NCBI RefSeq assembly: GCF_964204645.1
Contig: NC_134030.1
Location: forward strand, 14,260,110-14,324,109
DNA: 64,000 nt
Reading direction: 5' to 3'
From: Tubulanus polymorphus
Lineage: Eukaryota > Animalia > Nemertea
Numbering within the stretch: position 1 is the stretch's first letter; every line of letters starts with the position of its first letter. A program made the position numbers and the translations under genes. The notes beneath the pieces were generated by a model. It did no database searches. It saw nothing but the letters and a program-made list of their open reading frames with translations, and was not told the origin of the DNA. Positions 27,742 to 40,880 of this stretch are shown here, one piece after another.

Positions 27742-28069
27742 TAATCAACAATTTCTAAATCATGATGACCGTCTTCATTTTTCCCATGGTAAATTATTTT
27801 AAATCCTTCTAAATCTTTTAATTCCTCTGTACTCAATGAAACCCATTTATCAGGTAAAAATATTTTAAATTCTCGCGTTGTACTAACATTACAGTAACTT
27901 AAATTTGCTGATATTTTAACTCAATGTTTAGTTTTTATCTTTTCTAATTTTAAAATTTTGTGTTTAATTTCTTTTGTAACATCAACTAACTTTTTTATTT
28001 CAAATTGTTTTTTTTTGCAGGTGTAATTCTGTTATTTATTGCCGCTAAGAATGCTTTTCTATCTCCCAT
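27742..28069 (-). pseudogene. Small Polinton protein (~108 aa), beta-rich, function unknown
   Basis: MGDRKAFLAAINNRI..KKLVDVTKEIKHKILKLEKIKTK..FKIFLPDKW..KIIYHGK..LEIVD; one frameshift and one stop. Confidence 0.65.
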
Positions 28070-28153
28070 TTATTAAAAAAAAATTACTTGTGGTGATGAG
28101 CGGTGTGTCGTACTCTCGTACTCTGGTATGAAACTCTGATATTCCAATTACTG

Positions 28154-28848
28154 TTGGATATATGTCGTTCTAGATCAAAGGTCGAATGGTCATAAAAAAC
28201 TAATATTAAAAGTAATTTAAAACTATAATATATTTTCATAGCCGTGTGTATTTTATATTATAAATAAATATTTATTCTAAAATATTAATAATTTTAATTT
28301 TAAAAGCATATTGTATTAAATCATTTGGTCACGTCGCTCCGCTCCGCTCCCAATTGATTAAATTACAATACACAATAAAGAATATATTCATATAATCAAA
28401 TATATTCTAATAATAATAATTTTTCTATTATATAATCTAAAATACACACGGCTCATATATATCATAGTTTTAAATTACTTTTAATATTTGTTTTTTTATG
28501 AGCTCAATCTTTCAACCTTTAATGTAGAACAACATATATCCAATTACTCTAATATTCTTATATATGAAAATCATATTTATGAAAATTTATTATAAGAATA
28601 TATTTGATTATATGAATATATGTTATATGTAATTAAATCAATTGGGAGCGGAGCGAAGCGGAGCGAAGCGGAGCGAAGCGACGTGACCAATTGATTTTAT
28701 ACAATATGCCTTTAAAATTAAAATTGTTAATATTTTAGAATTATGATTATTATTTTTGATTAAGTAATTATTAATGATTAATTATTATTAATTATTATTT
28801 ATAATATAAAATACACACGGCTATGAAAATATATTATAGTTTTTAATT
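28154..28848. repeat. Nested AT-rich palindromes (fold-back region)
   Basis: 28154-28260 inverted at 28435-28543; 28220-28410 inverted at 28590-28848; related to 49208-49510. Confidence 0.85.
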
Positions 28849-29140
28849 AGGGTTTTCTGTTTCATCACAGAAAACCCTATTGAGATTCGCGTGTTTCTTC
28901 TTATTAGGGTTTTATGTTACATCACAGAAAACCCTATTGAGATTCGCGTGTTTCTTATTAGGGTTTTCTGTTACATCACAGAAAACCCTATTGAGATTCG
29001 CGTGTTTCTTATTATTATTAGGGTTTTCTGTTACATCACAGAAAACCATATTGAGATTCGCGTGTTTCTTATTATTAGGGTTTTCTGTTATTTCACAGAA
29101 AACCCTATTGATATCCGCGTGATTATTATTATTATTATTT
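28848..29140 (+). repeat. Five tandem copies (~55-60 bp) of the HINE-A 5' hairpin
   Basis: AGGGTTTTCTGTTACATCACAGAAAACCCTATTGAGATTCGCGTGTTTCTT(ATT)n at ~28849, 28906, 28960, 29020, 29077. Confidence 0.92.
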
Positions 29141-30464
29141 TCTTCCACACTATTTTTACCAAAAGAACATAGGCTTTGTTACCTTACCGCTGTTTCATAT
29201 ACAATCCATATAATATCGTTCAGCTCACTGAGATCTACAAATAGCCCGCGTGTTTTTTCACGAATCATCGTTACAAAAGCGCTGTCGGGCCGTAAACATC
29301 GAAAATTTAGCCCCATTCAATGGGGCGACATGTTTTTCGAGTCGTCATCCCGAAATCAACCCGCAGGCGGACTGTCACTTCGATTATCAATTCAAGTATA
29401 AATGAACTAATTTATTGCCGCAGACTTCACATTCAGTCGCGGTCTTCAAACAGTGATTTTAACAATAGCCCATTTTCCTCATTAGATCATATTACCGATA
29501 CACTGGAAATTTACTACTTTAGATTTTAAAAGCACTGTCGAGCCGTAAACATCGACGAATCGACGTGTGTTACTACATCGTCGTTCCGGGGATCAGCTGC
29601 GAGTTTCTCCTCATCATGAGAATCAAATCGAGTACAAATTAATTTATTACTACCAGTGATTTGGCTGCGGGTTTCAAGGAGTTAGTTTAACAACACCTAT
29701 TTTTCTTTACCGAATTAACCGTGTATGTACTAAGATAAATCTTTAGTGTACCGGGGAATCGTAGGCCTAAACTAAACACGCCGAAGAGATATAGCGGAGA
29801 AAAGCTGTTATGTCGACGAGGTATCAAAATAAAAGAATATATTACTTTATTCGGCCGCTGGCTTCAAACTCTATATCAATACCATCAATACTCTATATTT
29901 CCTACAGTACATACCGATCATTGTCAAATGCACAAGGTATTTACTAAATACAAGTATATAACACACTCTTATCCGTATGCTGGACTCACTTGACATTCGG
30001 AGTAAGCGTTCGCTGTGGGGGAAAGGGATCGTTCGCTGTGTCGCTTGAAGTGTTTATCGAGTTTGACGCGGCTTTAGGCCTACCGGTACTGAGCTTTACT
30101 GTATCAAACAAACACAGTACAATTGTTGCTTTTATTAACGGACTCATTGGATTGAACTTCAAACAAAATTTACGATATTTAGGTGGGTTGTTAAATTCAA
30201 TAGGCCTACGACCAATCTGTCCGGATGTTAGGCCTACGCATATACATAGGCCTACATAGGCTAGTAGCCTCTACTAGGTTAAGCGTTCGCTGTAGGGGAA
30301 AGGAGATCGTTCGCTGTGTCGCTTGAAGTGTTTATCGAGTTTTAAGCGACCTTAAGGCATTAGTATGGTGGCTGATAAGGGCCATGCGTAAAAAAAAACA
30401 CGTATATGCAAATGAGGGCGACATTATGACAAAACGACAAAACTAAAATAACGCGACAAAACAA

Positions 30465-33400
30465 TAATTTTGGTTTTGTCGCCCGCGACAATTCATTATT
30501 TCGGTTTTATCGCCCGCGACAACTCATTATTTTGATTTTATCGCCCGCGACAATTCATTAATTTGGTTTTGTCACCCGCGACAAATCAATATTTTGGTTT
30601 TGTCATCCACGACAATTCAATATTTTGGTTTTATCGCCCGCGAAAATTCATTATTTTGGTTTTATCGCCCGCGACAATTCATTATTTTGGTTTTGTCGCA
30701 CGCGACAATTCATTATTTTGGTTTTATCGCCCGCGACAATTTTTTTTTTGTCGCGGTTTTATCGCCCGGGACAATTCATTATTTTGGTTTTATCGCCCGC
30801 AACAATTCATTAGTTTTGTTTTGTCTTGTCGCCCGCGACAATTCAATATTTTGGTTTTGTCACCCGTGACAAATCAGTATTTTGGTTTTGTCACCCACGA
30901 CAATTCAATTTTTTGGTTTTATCGCCCGCGACAATTCATTATTTTGGTTTTATCGCCCACGACAATTTTTTTTTTGTCGCGGTTTTATCGCCCGGGACAA
31001 TTCATTATTTTGGTTTTATCGCCCGCAACAATTCATTAGTTTTGTTTTGTCGCCCGCGACAATTCAATATTTTGGTTTTGTCACCCGTGACAAATCAGTA
31101 TTTTGGTTTTGTCGCCCACGACAATTCAATTTTTTGGTTTTATCGCCCGCGACAATACATTAATTTGGTTTTGTCACCCGCAACAAATCAATATTTTGGT
31201 TTTGTCGCCTGCGACAATTCAATATTTTGGTTTTATCGCCAGCGACAATTGATTATTTTGGTTTTATCAACCGGAACAATTGATTATTTTGGTTTTATCG
31301 CCCGCGACAATTCAATAATTTTGTTTTGTCACCCGCGACAAATCAATATTTTGGTTTTGTCGCCCACGAAAATTCAATATTTTGGGTTTATCGCCCGCGA
31401 CAATTCATTATTTTGGTTTTATCGCCTGCAACAATTCATTGTTTTGGTTTTGTCGCACGCAACAATTCATAATTTTGGTTTTATCGCCTGCGACAATTTT
31501 TTTTTGTACCGGTTTTATCGCCTGCGACACTTCAATATTTTGGTTTTATTACCTGCGACAATTCAATATTTTGGTTTTATCGCCAGCAACATTTCATTAT
31601 TTTGGTTTTATCGCCCGCGACAATTCATTATTTTGGTTTTATCACCTGCGACAATTCAATATTTTGGTTTTATCAACCGGAACAATTGATTATTTTGGTT
31701 TTATCGCCGCGACAATTCAATAATTTTGTTTTGTCACCCGCGACAAATCAATATTTTGGTTTTCTCGCCAACGAAAATTCAATATTTTGGGTTTATCGCC
31801 CGCGACAATTCATTATTTTGGTTTTATCGCCTGCAACAATTCATTGTTTTGGTTTTGTCGCACGCAACAATTCATAATTTTGGTTTTATCGCCCGCGACA
31901 ATTTTTTTTTGTACCGGTTTTATCGCCTGCGACACTTCAATATTTTGGTTTTATCACCTGCGACAATTCAATATTTTGGTTTTATCGCCAGCAACATTTC
32001 ATTATTTTGGTTTTATCGCCCGAGACAATTCATTATTTTGGTTTTATCGCCCGCGACAATTCATTAGTTTGGGTTTGTCGCCCGCGACAATTCAATATTT
32101 TGGTTTTGTCCCACGCGACAATTCAATGTTTTTGGTTTTATCGCCTGCGACAATTCAATATTTTGGTTTTATCGCCAGCGACAATTCATTATTTTGGTTT
32201 TATCGCCAGCGACAATTCATTATTTTGGTTTTGTCGCCCGCGACAATCCTTCTTTTTAGTTTTGTCGCCCGCGACAATTCATTATTTTGGTTTTATATTT
32301 TGTTTTTGTCGCCCGCGACAATTTTTTTTTTGGTTTTGTCGCCCGCGACAATTCAATATTTTGGTTTTATCGCCCGCGATAATTCATTATTTTGGTTTTG
32401 TCGCCCGCGATAATTCATTATTACGGTTTTATCGCCCGCGACAATTCATTATTTTGGTTTTATATTTTGTTTTTGTCGCCCCTGACAATTTTTTTTGGTT
32501 TTGTCGCCCGCGACAATTCACCATTTTGGTTTTGTCGCCCGCGACAATTCATTATTTTGATTTTATCGCCCGCGACAATTTATTATTTTGGTTTTGTCGC
32601 CCCGACAATTCTTTTTTTGGTTTTGTCGCCCGCGACAATTCATGAGTTTGGTTTTTGTCGCCCGCGACAATTCAATATTTTGGTTTTATCGCCCGCGACA
32701 ATTCGTTACTTTGGTTTTATCTCCAGCGACAATTCATTATTTTGGTTTTGTCGCCCGCGACAATTTTTCTTTTTGGTTTTGTCGCCCGAGAAAATTCATT
32801 ATTTTTTTTTAATATTTTGTTTTTGTCGTCCGCGACAATTTTTTTTTTGGTTTTGTTGCCCGCGACAATTCACCATTTTGGTTTTGTCGCCCGCGACAAT
32901 TCTTTTTTGGTTTTGTCGCCCGCGACAATTCATTAGTTTGGTTTTGTCGCCCGCGACAATTCAATATTTTGTTTTTGTCGCCCGCGACAATTCAATATTT
33001 TGGTTTTATCGCCCGCGACAATTCATTACTTTGGTTTTATCTCCAGCGGCAATTCATTATTTTGGTTTTGTCGCCCGCGACAATTTTTTTTTTGGTTTTG
33101 TTGCCCGCGACAATTAATTATTTTGGTTTAATCGCCCGCGACAATTCAATATTTTCGTTTTATCGCCCGCGATAATTCATTATTTTGGTTTTATCGTCCG
33201 CGACAATTCATTATTTTGGTTGTGTCGCCCGAGACAATTCATTATTTTGGTTTTATCGCCAGTGACAATTCATTATTTTGGTTTTATCGCCCACGACAAT
33301 TCACCATTTTGGTTTTGTCCCGTGGACAATTCACCATTTTGGTTTTGTCGCCCGCGATAATTCATTATTTTGGTTTTGTCGCCCGCGACAATTCATTAGT

Positions 33401-34225
33401 TTGGTTTTGTCTCCCGCGACAATTCAATATTTTGGTTTTATCGCCCGCGACAATTCATTACTTTGGTTTTATCTCCAGCAACAATTCATTATTTTGGTTT
33501 TGTCGCCCGCGACAATTCATTATTTCGGTTTTATATTTTGTTTTTGTCGCCCGCGACAATTCATTATTTTGGTTTTATTTTTTTTTTGTCACCCGCGAAA
33601 ATTCATTATTTTGGTTTTATCGCACGTGACAATTAAATATTATCATTTTGTCGCCCGAGAGAATTCATTATTTTGGTTTTATCGCCCGCGACAATTCATT
33701 ATTTTGGTTTTGTCGCCCGCGAAAATTCATTATTTTGGTTTTATCGCACGTGACAATTAAATATTATGTTTTTGTCGCCCGAGAGAATTCATTATTGTGG
33801 TTTTATCGCCTGCGACAATTCATTAGTTTGGTTTTATCGCCCGCGACAATTCATAAGTTTGGTTTTTTCGCCCGCGACAATTCAATATTTTGGTTTTATC
33901 GCACGTGACAATTAAATATTATGTTTTTGTCGCCCGAGAGAATTCATTATTGTGGTTTTATCGCCTGCGACAATTCATTAGTTTGGTTTTATCGCCCGTG
34001 ACAATTCATTAGTTTGGTTTTTTCGCCCGCGACAATTCAATATTTTGGTTTTATCGCCCGCGACAATTCAATATTTTTGTTTTATCGCCCGCGACAATTC
34101 ATAGTTTGGTTTTATCGCCCCCGACAATTCATTAGTTTGGTTTTGTCGCCCGTGACAATTCAATATTTTCGTTTTATCACCCGCGACAATTCATTAGTTT
34201 GGTTTTGTCGCCCGCGACAATTCTT
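30465..34225. repeat. 31-bp minisatellite, ~120 units
   Basis: Consensus TTTTGGTTTT(A/G)TCGCCCGCGACAATTCATTA. Confidence 0.97.
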
Positions 34226-34226
34226 T

Positions 34227-35657
34227 TTCAGTCCACTTGGGACTTTAGTCCCAGCGGGCTATTGCGTTCACTTTTCGTCCGTCCGTCCGTCCGTCCATAG
34301 ACGGAATCCAGTTATTTCGGGAAGTTTTGAAGACGCTTCAAGGTAATGTCTTGATATTTGGTTTATACATGTATCTACCGGTACCCTAGACACATCATCA
34401 GCCCAAAAACCGGCCCTGTCAGATTCAAGATGGTCGACTGGCAGCCATTGTTGTTTGCCATAATCAGCACTTCTTAAACATTTTCGAAGTTTTCGTGGGA
34501 AATTTTGAAGACGCTTTGATCAATTACCTTGATCTTTCGTTTATATTTGAATCTACCAAAGGCCCATCAGCATAAGAAAATTGGGTTGATCTGACTCAAG
34601 ATGGCCGTCCTATGACCTTTTTAGTGCCCAAAAATGTCAATTTTGGCCAGAATTCTAGGTCCTGTAGCTTCCTGCTGGTTTGCCATTTCTCATTGCAATT
34701 GCTGATGGGTATTCTTTAGAGAGGGATGTTTTATACCTGGGACAGGTATTTGGATCAGCCAATTATGACGCAATTGGCGGCCATCTTGGTGTCATCAGTA
34801 CTCATTCGTAGGTGGGAAAAAGTTTTTCCACATTAAATTGATACCTAAGGATATTGTGTTACTATATTCAATTGGAAAGTTGTAGCCCATAACGTGTTCT
34901 ATGATTTTGGTGAGTTTCAAGGTCATTGGTTTTTGTATGTGGCCATCAGGGGGCGTTGAATAATACAATAACTTAGTATCGCTATATTATATTTGTACCA
35001 AGGCATATTTTGTTACCATGATCAATTGCAAAGTTGTAGTTCATGACATCGTCTATGATTGTGGTGAGTTTTTAAGGACATTAGTTAATCCATATAGTCA
35101 CCAGGGGGCGTTGAATAGTAGAAAAGCTTAGTTTTTCCTTATTAGATTGGTACCTAGGCATAGTTTGTTACCATGATCCATTGTTAAGTTGTAGTTCATG
35201 ACATCGTCAATGATTGTAGTGAGTTTTTAAGGACATTAGTTATTCCATATAGTCACCAGGGGGCGCTGAATAGTAGAATGGCTTAGTATTCCCTTATTTA
35301 GTAGGCTTAGTATTTCCTTATATTTTGTTACTATGATCAATTGCAAAATTGTATTTCATGACATGTACTACGATTGTGGTGAGTTTTAAGGTCACTGGGT
35401 TTTGCATCTGGTCACCAGAGGGCGTTGAATAGTAGAATAACTTAGTATTTCCATATTAAATTGGTAACGAGGCATATTTTATTATCACAATCAATTACAA
35501 AATCATAGCTGCTCACATGTTCTATGATTGTGGTGGGTTTCAAGGTCATTGGTTTTTGTATATGGTCACTAGAGGGCGTTATGTATTTAAATTGTTAGAT
35601 AGTTGAGCATTTGAGACCACTTCCCAAGTGAGCATGGTGTCCCTGGACCCCTAGTTT
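34227..35657 (+). mobile_element. Nested HINE-B copy 1 with ~155-bp internal repeats
   Basis: 5' CACTTGGGA/3' TCCCAAGTG subterminal IRs, 5' hairpin TGGGACT-TT-AGTCCCA, (GTCC)n, 3' hairpin GGTGTCCCTGGACCCC-TAGTTT; inserted in a T run. Confidence 0.85.
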
Positions 35658-35955
35658 GGTTTTGTCGCCCGCGACAGTTCATTATTTTGGTTTTGTCGCA
35701 CGCAACAATTCATTATTTAGTTTTTGCCGTCCGCGACAATTCATTATTTTGGTTTTATCGTCCGGGACGATTCAATAATTTGGTTTTAACGCCCGCGACA
35801 ATTCATTATTTTGGTTTTATCGCCCGCGACAATTCATTATTTTGGTTTTATCGCCCGCGACAATTCATTATTTTTGTTTTGTCACCCGTTACATTTCAAT
35901 ATTTTGGTTTTGTCACCCGTGACAATTCATAATTTTGGTTTTGTCGCCCGTGGTT
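35658..35955. repeat. 31-bp minisatellite
   Basis: Same consensus. Confidence 0.95.
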
Positions 35956-37347
35956 TTGTCGGAACATTAAGTTTTTTGATCGAACAGTGTGTTAAGGTCG
36001 TTTTGGAAATTTGCTCGGTCTGGTACATTTTGGATTACTGTGTATGTCATTTGTCAGGAGATTAAACAGAAGACGACTTAGGATACTACCTTGCGTGACT
36101 CCACTAGTTAGACTGTCTAATTCCAAGATGGGGCGTTCCGTTGATTTCGGTTACAAGTTTCCGTTCAGAGATAACTGCTGAGCCATTTGGGCGACCTATC
36201 ATTGATACTGTTTCCTAATAGCCTGTTTAGTAATGGCTGATGTTGAGCCTTATCAAATGCTTTGTTGAAATCCACCGTTGAACAGGATTCTAAGACTGTG
36301 CAGAAAACCCGTTATCGCTGCTTTGCAGCTATATTTATTATTATTTATTTTCTTCCACACTATTTTTACCAAAAGAACATAGGCTTTGTTACCTTACCGC
36401 TGTTTCATATACAATCCATATAATATCGTTCACCTCACTGAGATCTACAAATAGCCCGCGTGTTTTTTCACGAATCATTGTTACAAAAGCGCTGTCGGGC
36501 CGTAAACATCGAAAATTTAGCCCCATTCAATGGGGCGACATGTTTTTCGAGTCGTCATCCCGAAATCAACCCGCAGGCCGACTGTCACTTCGATTATCAA
36601 TTCAAGTATAAATGAACTAATTTATTGCCGCAGACTTCACATTCAGTAAACTAAACACGCCGAAGAGATATAGCGGAGAAAAGCTGTTATGTCGACGAGG
36701 TATCAAAATAAAAGAATATATTACTTTATTCGGCCGCGGGCTTCAACCTCTATATCAATACCATCAATAATTCTATATTTCCTACAGTACATACCGATCA
36801 TTGTCAAATGCACAAGGTATTTACTAAATACAAGTATATAACACATAATCCTTTCCGTATGCTGGACTCACACTTGACATTCGGAGTAAGCGTTCGCTGT
36901 GGGGGAAAGGGATCGTTCGCTGTGTCGCTTGAAGTGTTTATCGAGTTTGACGCGGCTTTAGGCCTACCGGTACTGAGCTTTACTGTATCAAACAAACACA
37001 GTACAATTGTTGCGTTTATTAACGGACTCATTGGATTGAACTTCAAAACAAAATTTACGATATTTAGGTGGGTTGTTAAATTCAATAGGCCTACGACCAA
37101 TCTGTCCGGATGTTAGGCCTACACATATACAAAGGCCTACATAGGCTAGTAGCCTCTACTAGGTTAAGCGTTCGCTGTGGGGGAAAGGAGATCGTTCGCT
37201 GTGTCGCTTGAAGTGTTTATCGAGTTTTACGCGACCTTAAGGCTTTAGTATGGTGGCTGATAAGGGCCATGCGTAAAAAAAACACGTATATGCAAATGAG
37301 GGCGACATTATGACAAAACGACAAAACTAAAATAACGCGACAAAACA

Positions 37348-39045
37348 ATAATTTTGGTTTTATCGCCCGCGACAATTCATTATTTTGGTTTTATCGCCCG
37401 CAACAATTCATTAGTTTGGTTTTGTCACCCGCGACAATTCAAGATTTTGGTTTTTCTGCCGTGACAATTCATTTTTTGGATTTGTCGCCCGCGACAATAC
37501 AATATTTTGGTTTTATCGCCCGCGACAATTCATTATTTTGGTTTTATCGCCCGCGACAATTCATTATTTTGGTTTTATCGCCCGCGACAATTCATTAATT
37601 TGGTTTTGTCACCCGCGACAAAACAATAATTTTGGTTTTGTCGCCCGCGACAATTCATTATTTTGGTTTCATCGCCCGCGACAATTCATTATTTTGGTTT
37701 TATCGCCCGCGACAATTCATTAGTTTGGTTTTGTCACCCGCGACAAATCAATATTTTGGTTTTGTCGCCCATGACAATTCAATATTTTGGTTTTTATCGC
37801 CTGCGACAATTCATTATTTTGGTTTTATCGCCCGCGACAATTCATTATTTTGGTTTTATCGCCCGCGACAATTCATTATTTTGGTTTTATCGCCCGCAAC
37901 AATTCATTAGTTTGGTTTTGTCGCCCGCGACAATTCAAGGTTTTGGTTTTTCTGCCGCGACAATTCATTATTTTGGTTTTGTCGCCTGGACAATTCACCA
38001 TTTTGGTTTTGTCGCCCGCGACAATTCATTATTTTGGTTTTGTCGCCCCGACAATTCTTTTTTTGGTTTTGTCGCCCGCGACAATTCATTAGTTTGGTTT
38101 TGTCGCCCGCGACAATCAATATTTCGGTTTTATCGCCAACGACAATTCATTACTTTGGTTTTATCTCCAGCGACAATTCATTAATTTGGTTTTGTCGCCT
38201 CGACAATTTTTTTTTTGGTTTTGTCGCCCGCGACAATTCATTAGTTTGGTTTTGTCGCCCGCGACAATTCAATATTTTGGTTTTGTCGCCCGCGACAATT
38301 CAATATTTTGGTTTCATCGCCTGCGACAATTCAATATTTTGGTTTTATCGCCTGCGACAATTCAATATTTTGGTTTTATCGCCCGCGATAATTCATTATT
38401 TTGGTTTTGTCGCCTGAGAAAATTCATTATTTTTGTTTTATCGCCCGCGACAATTCATTATTACGGTTTTATCGCCCGCGACAATTCATTATTTTGGTTT
38501 TGTCGCCCCGACAATCAATATTTTGGTTTTATCGCCCACGACAATTCATTACTTTGGTTTTATCTCCAGCGACAATTCATTATTTTGGTTTTGTCGCCCA
38601 CGACAATTCTTGTTTTTGGTTTTGTCGCCCGCGACAATTCATAATTTTGGTTTTATCGCCCGCGACAATTCAATATTTTGGTTTTATCGCCTGCGACAAT
38701 TCAATGTTTTGTTTTTATCGTCCGCGACAATTCATTATTTTGGTTTTGTCGCCCGAGACAATTCATTATTTTGGTTTTATCGCCCGCGACAATTCATTAT
38801 TTTGGTTTTGTCGCCCGCGACAATTCATTATTTTGGTTTTATCGCCCGCGACAATTCATTAGTTTGGTTTTATCGCCCGCGACAATTCAATATTTTGGTT
38901 TTATCGCCCGCGACAATTCATTAGTTTGGTTTTATCGCCCGCGACAATTCATTAGTTTGGTTTTGTCGCCCGTGACAATTCAATATTTTGGTTTTATCAC
39001 CCGCGATAATTCATTAGTTTGGTATTGTCGCCCGTGACAATTCTT
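37348..39045. repeat. 31-bp minisatellite
   Basis: Same consensus. Confidence 0.97.
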
Positions 39046-39046
39046 T

Positions 39047-40460
39047 TTCAGTCCACTTGGGACTTTAGTCCCAGCGGACAATTGTGTTCACTTTTCGTAC
39101 CTCCGTCCGTCCATAGACGGAATCCAGTTATTTTGGGAAGTTTTGAAGACGCTTCAAGGTAATGTCCTGATATTTGGTTTATACATGTATCTACCCTAGA
39201 CACATCGTCAGCCCAAAAACTGGCCCTGTCAGATTCAAGATGGCCGACTGGCAGCCATTGTTGTTTGCCAAAATCAGCACTTTTTAAACATTTTCGAAGT
39301 TTTCGTGGGAAATTTTGAAGACGCTTCGATCAATTACCTTGATCTTTCGTTTATATTTGAATCTACCAAAGGCCCATCAGCATAATAAAATTGGGTCGAT
39401 CTGACTCAAGATAGCCGTCCTATGACCTTTTTAGTGCCCAAAAATGTAAATTTTGGCCAGAATTCTAGGTCCTGTAGCTTCCTACTGGTTTGCCATTTCT
39501 CATTGCAATTGCTGATGGGTATTCTTTAGAGAGGGATTTTTTATACCTGGGACAGGTATTTTTGATCAGCCTATTATGACGCAATTGACGGCCATCTTGG
39601 TGTCTTCAGTACTCATTCGTAGGTGGGAAAAAGTTTTTCCACATTAAATTGATACCTAAGCATATTGTGTTACTATATTCAATTGGAAAGTTGTAGCCCA
39701 TAACGTGTTCTATGATTTTGGTGAGTTTCAAGGTCTTTGGTTTTAGTATGTGGCCATCAGGGGGCGTTGAATAATACAATAACTTAGTATTGCTATATTA
39801 TATTTGTACCAAGGCATATTTTGTTACCATGATCAATTGCAAAGTTGTAGTTCATGACATCGTCTATGATTGTGGTGAGTTTTTAAGTACATTAGTTATT
39901 CCATATAGTCACCAGGGGGCGTTGAATAGTAGAAAAGCTTAGTATTTCCTTATTAGATTGGTACCTAGGCATATTTTGTTACCATGATCCATTGCAAAGT
40001 TGTAGATCATGACATCATCTATGATTGTGGTGAGTTTTTAAGGACATTAGTTATTCCACATAGTCACCAGGGGGCGTTGATAGTAGAATGGCTTAGTATT
40101 TCCTTATTAGATTGGTACCTAGGCATATTTTGTTACTATGATCAATTGCAAAGTTGTATTTCATGACATGTACTACGATTGTGGTGAGTTTTAAGGTCAT
40201 TGGGTTTTGCATATGGTCACCAGGGGCGTTGAATAGTAGAATAACTTAGTATTTCCATATTAAATTGGTAACGAGGCATATTTTGTTATCACAATCAATT
40301 ACAAAATCATAGCTGCTCACATGTTCTATGATTGTGGTGGGTTCCAAGGTCATTGGTTTTTGTATATGGTCACTAGAGGGCGTTATGTATTGAAATTGTT
40401 AGATTGTTGAGCATTTGAAACCACTTCCCAAGTGAGCATGGTGTCCCTGGACCCCTAGTT
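39047..40460 (+). mobile_element. Nested HINE-B copy 2
   Basis: Near-identical to 34227-35657, same insertion point in the minisatellite. Confidence 0.85.
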
Positions 40461-40880
40461 TGGTTTTTTCTCCCGCGACAATTCATTATTCTGGTTTTGT
40501 CGCACGCAACAATTCAATATTTTGTTTTTGTCGTCCGCGACAATTCATTATTTTGGTTTTATCGCCGCGACAATTCAATATTTTGGTTTTAACGCCCGCG
40601 ACAATTCATTATTGTGGTTTTATCGCCCGCGAAAATTCATTATTTTGGTTTTATCGCCCGCGACAATTCATTATTTTGGTTTTGTCGCCCGTGACAATTC
40701 AATATTTTGGTTTTGTCACCCGCGACAATTCATAATTTTGGTTTTATCGCCCGCGATAATTCATTATTTTGGTTTTATCGCCCGCGACAATTCATTATTT
40801 TTGTTTTGTCGCCCGTGACAATTCAATATTTTGGTTTTGTCACCCGCGACAATTCATAATTTTGGTTTTGTCCCCGTGGG
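40461..40880. repeat. 31-bp minisatellite
   Basis: Same consensus. Confidence 0.95.

Larger units (their letters stand above)
26390..28065. repeat. Right arm of long Polinton inverted repeat
   Basis: Reverse complement of 8464-11780 once the 8944-10564 insertion is removed. Confidence 0.9.
8464..28848. mobile_element. Decayed Polinton/Maverick (adintovirus-like endogenous virus), main body; left end truncated
   Basis: Co-located pPolB, penton-like mCP, DJR MCP-like gene, RVE integrase with chromodomain and A32-like ATPase; very AT-rich, intronless, tightly packed ORFs; long inverted repeats. Confidence 0.93.

Noticed and set aside
8464-28848. Bacterial prophage or contaminant
   Set aside because: RVE integrase with chromodomain, Polinton gene set, and interdigitation with eukaryotic Helentron, LTR and MULE elements
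28880-30259. Short ORFs in HINE-A (also 36804-37116, 41778-41966, 43755-45178)
   Set aside because: No protein motifs; frames are not preserved between near-identical units
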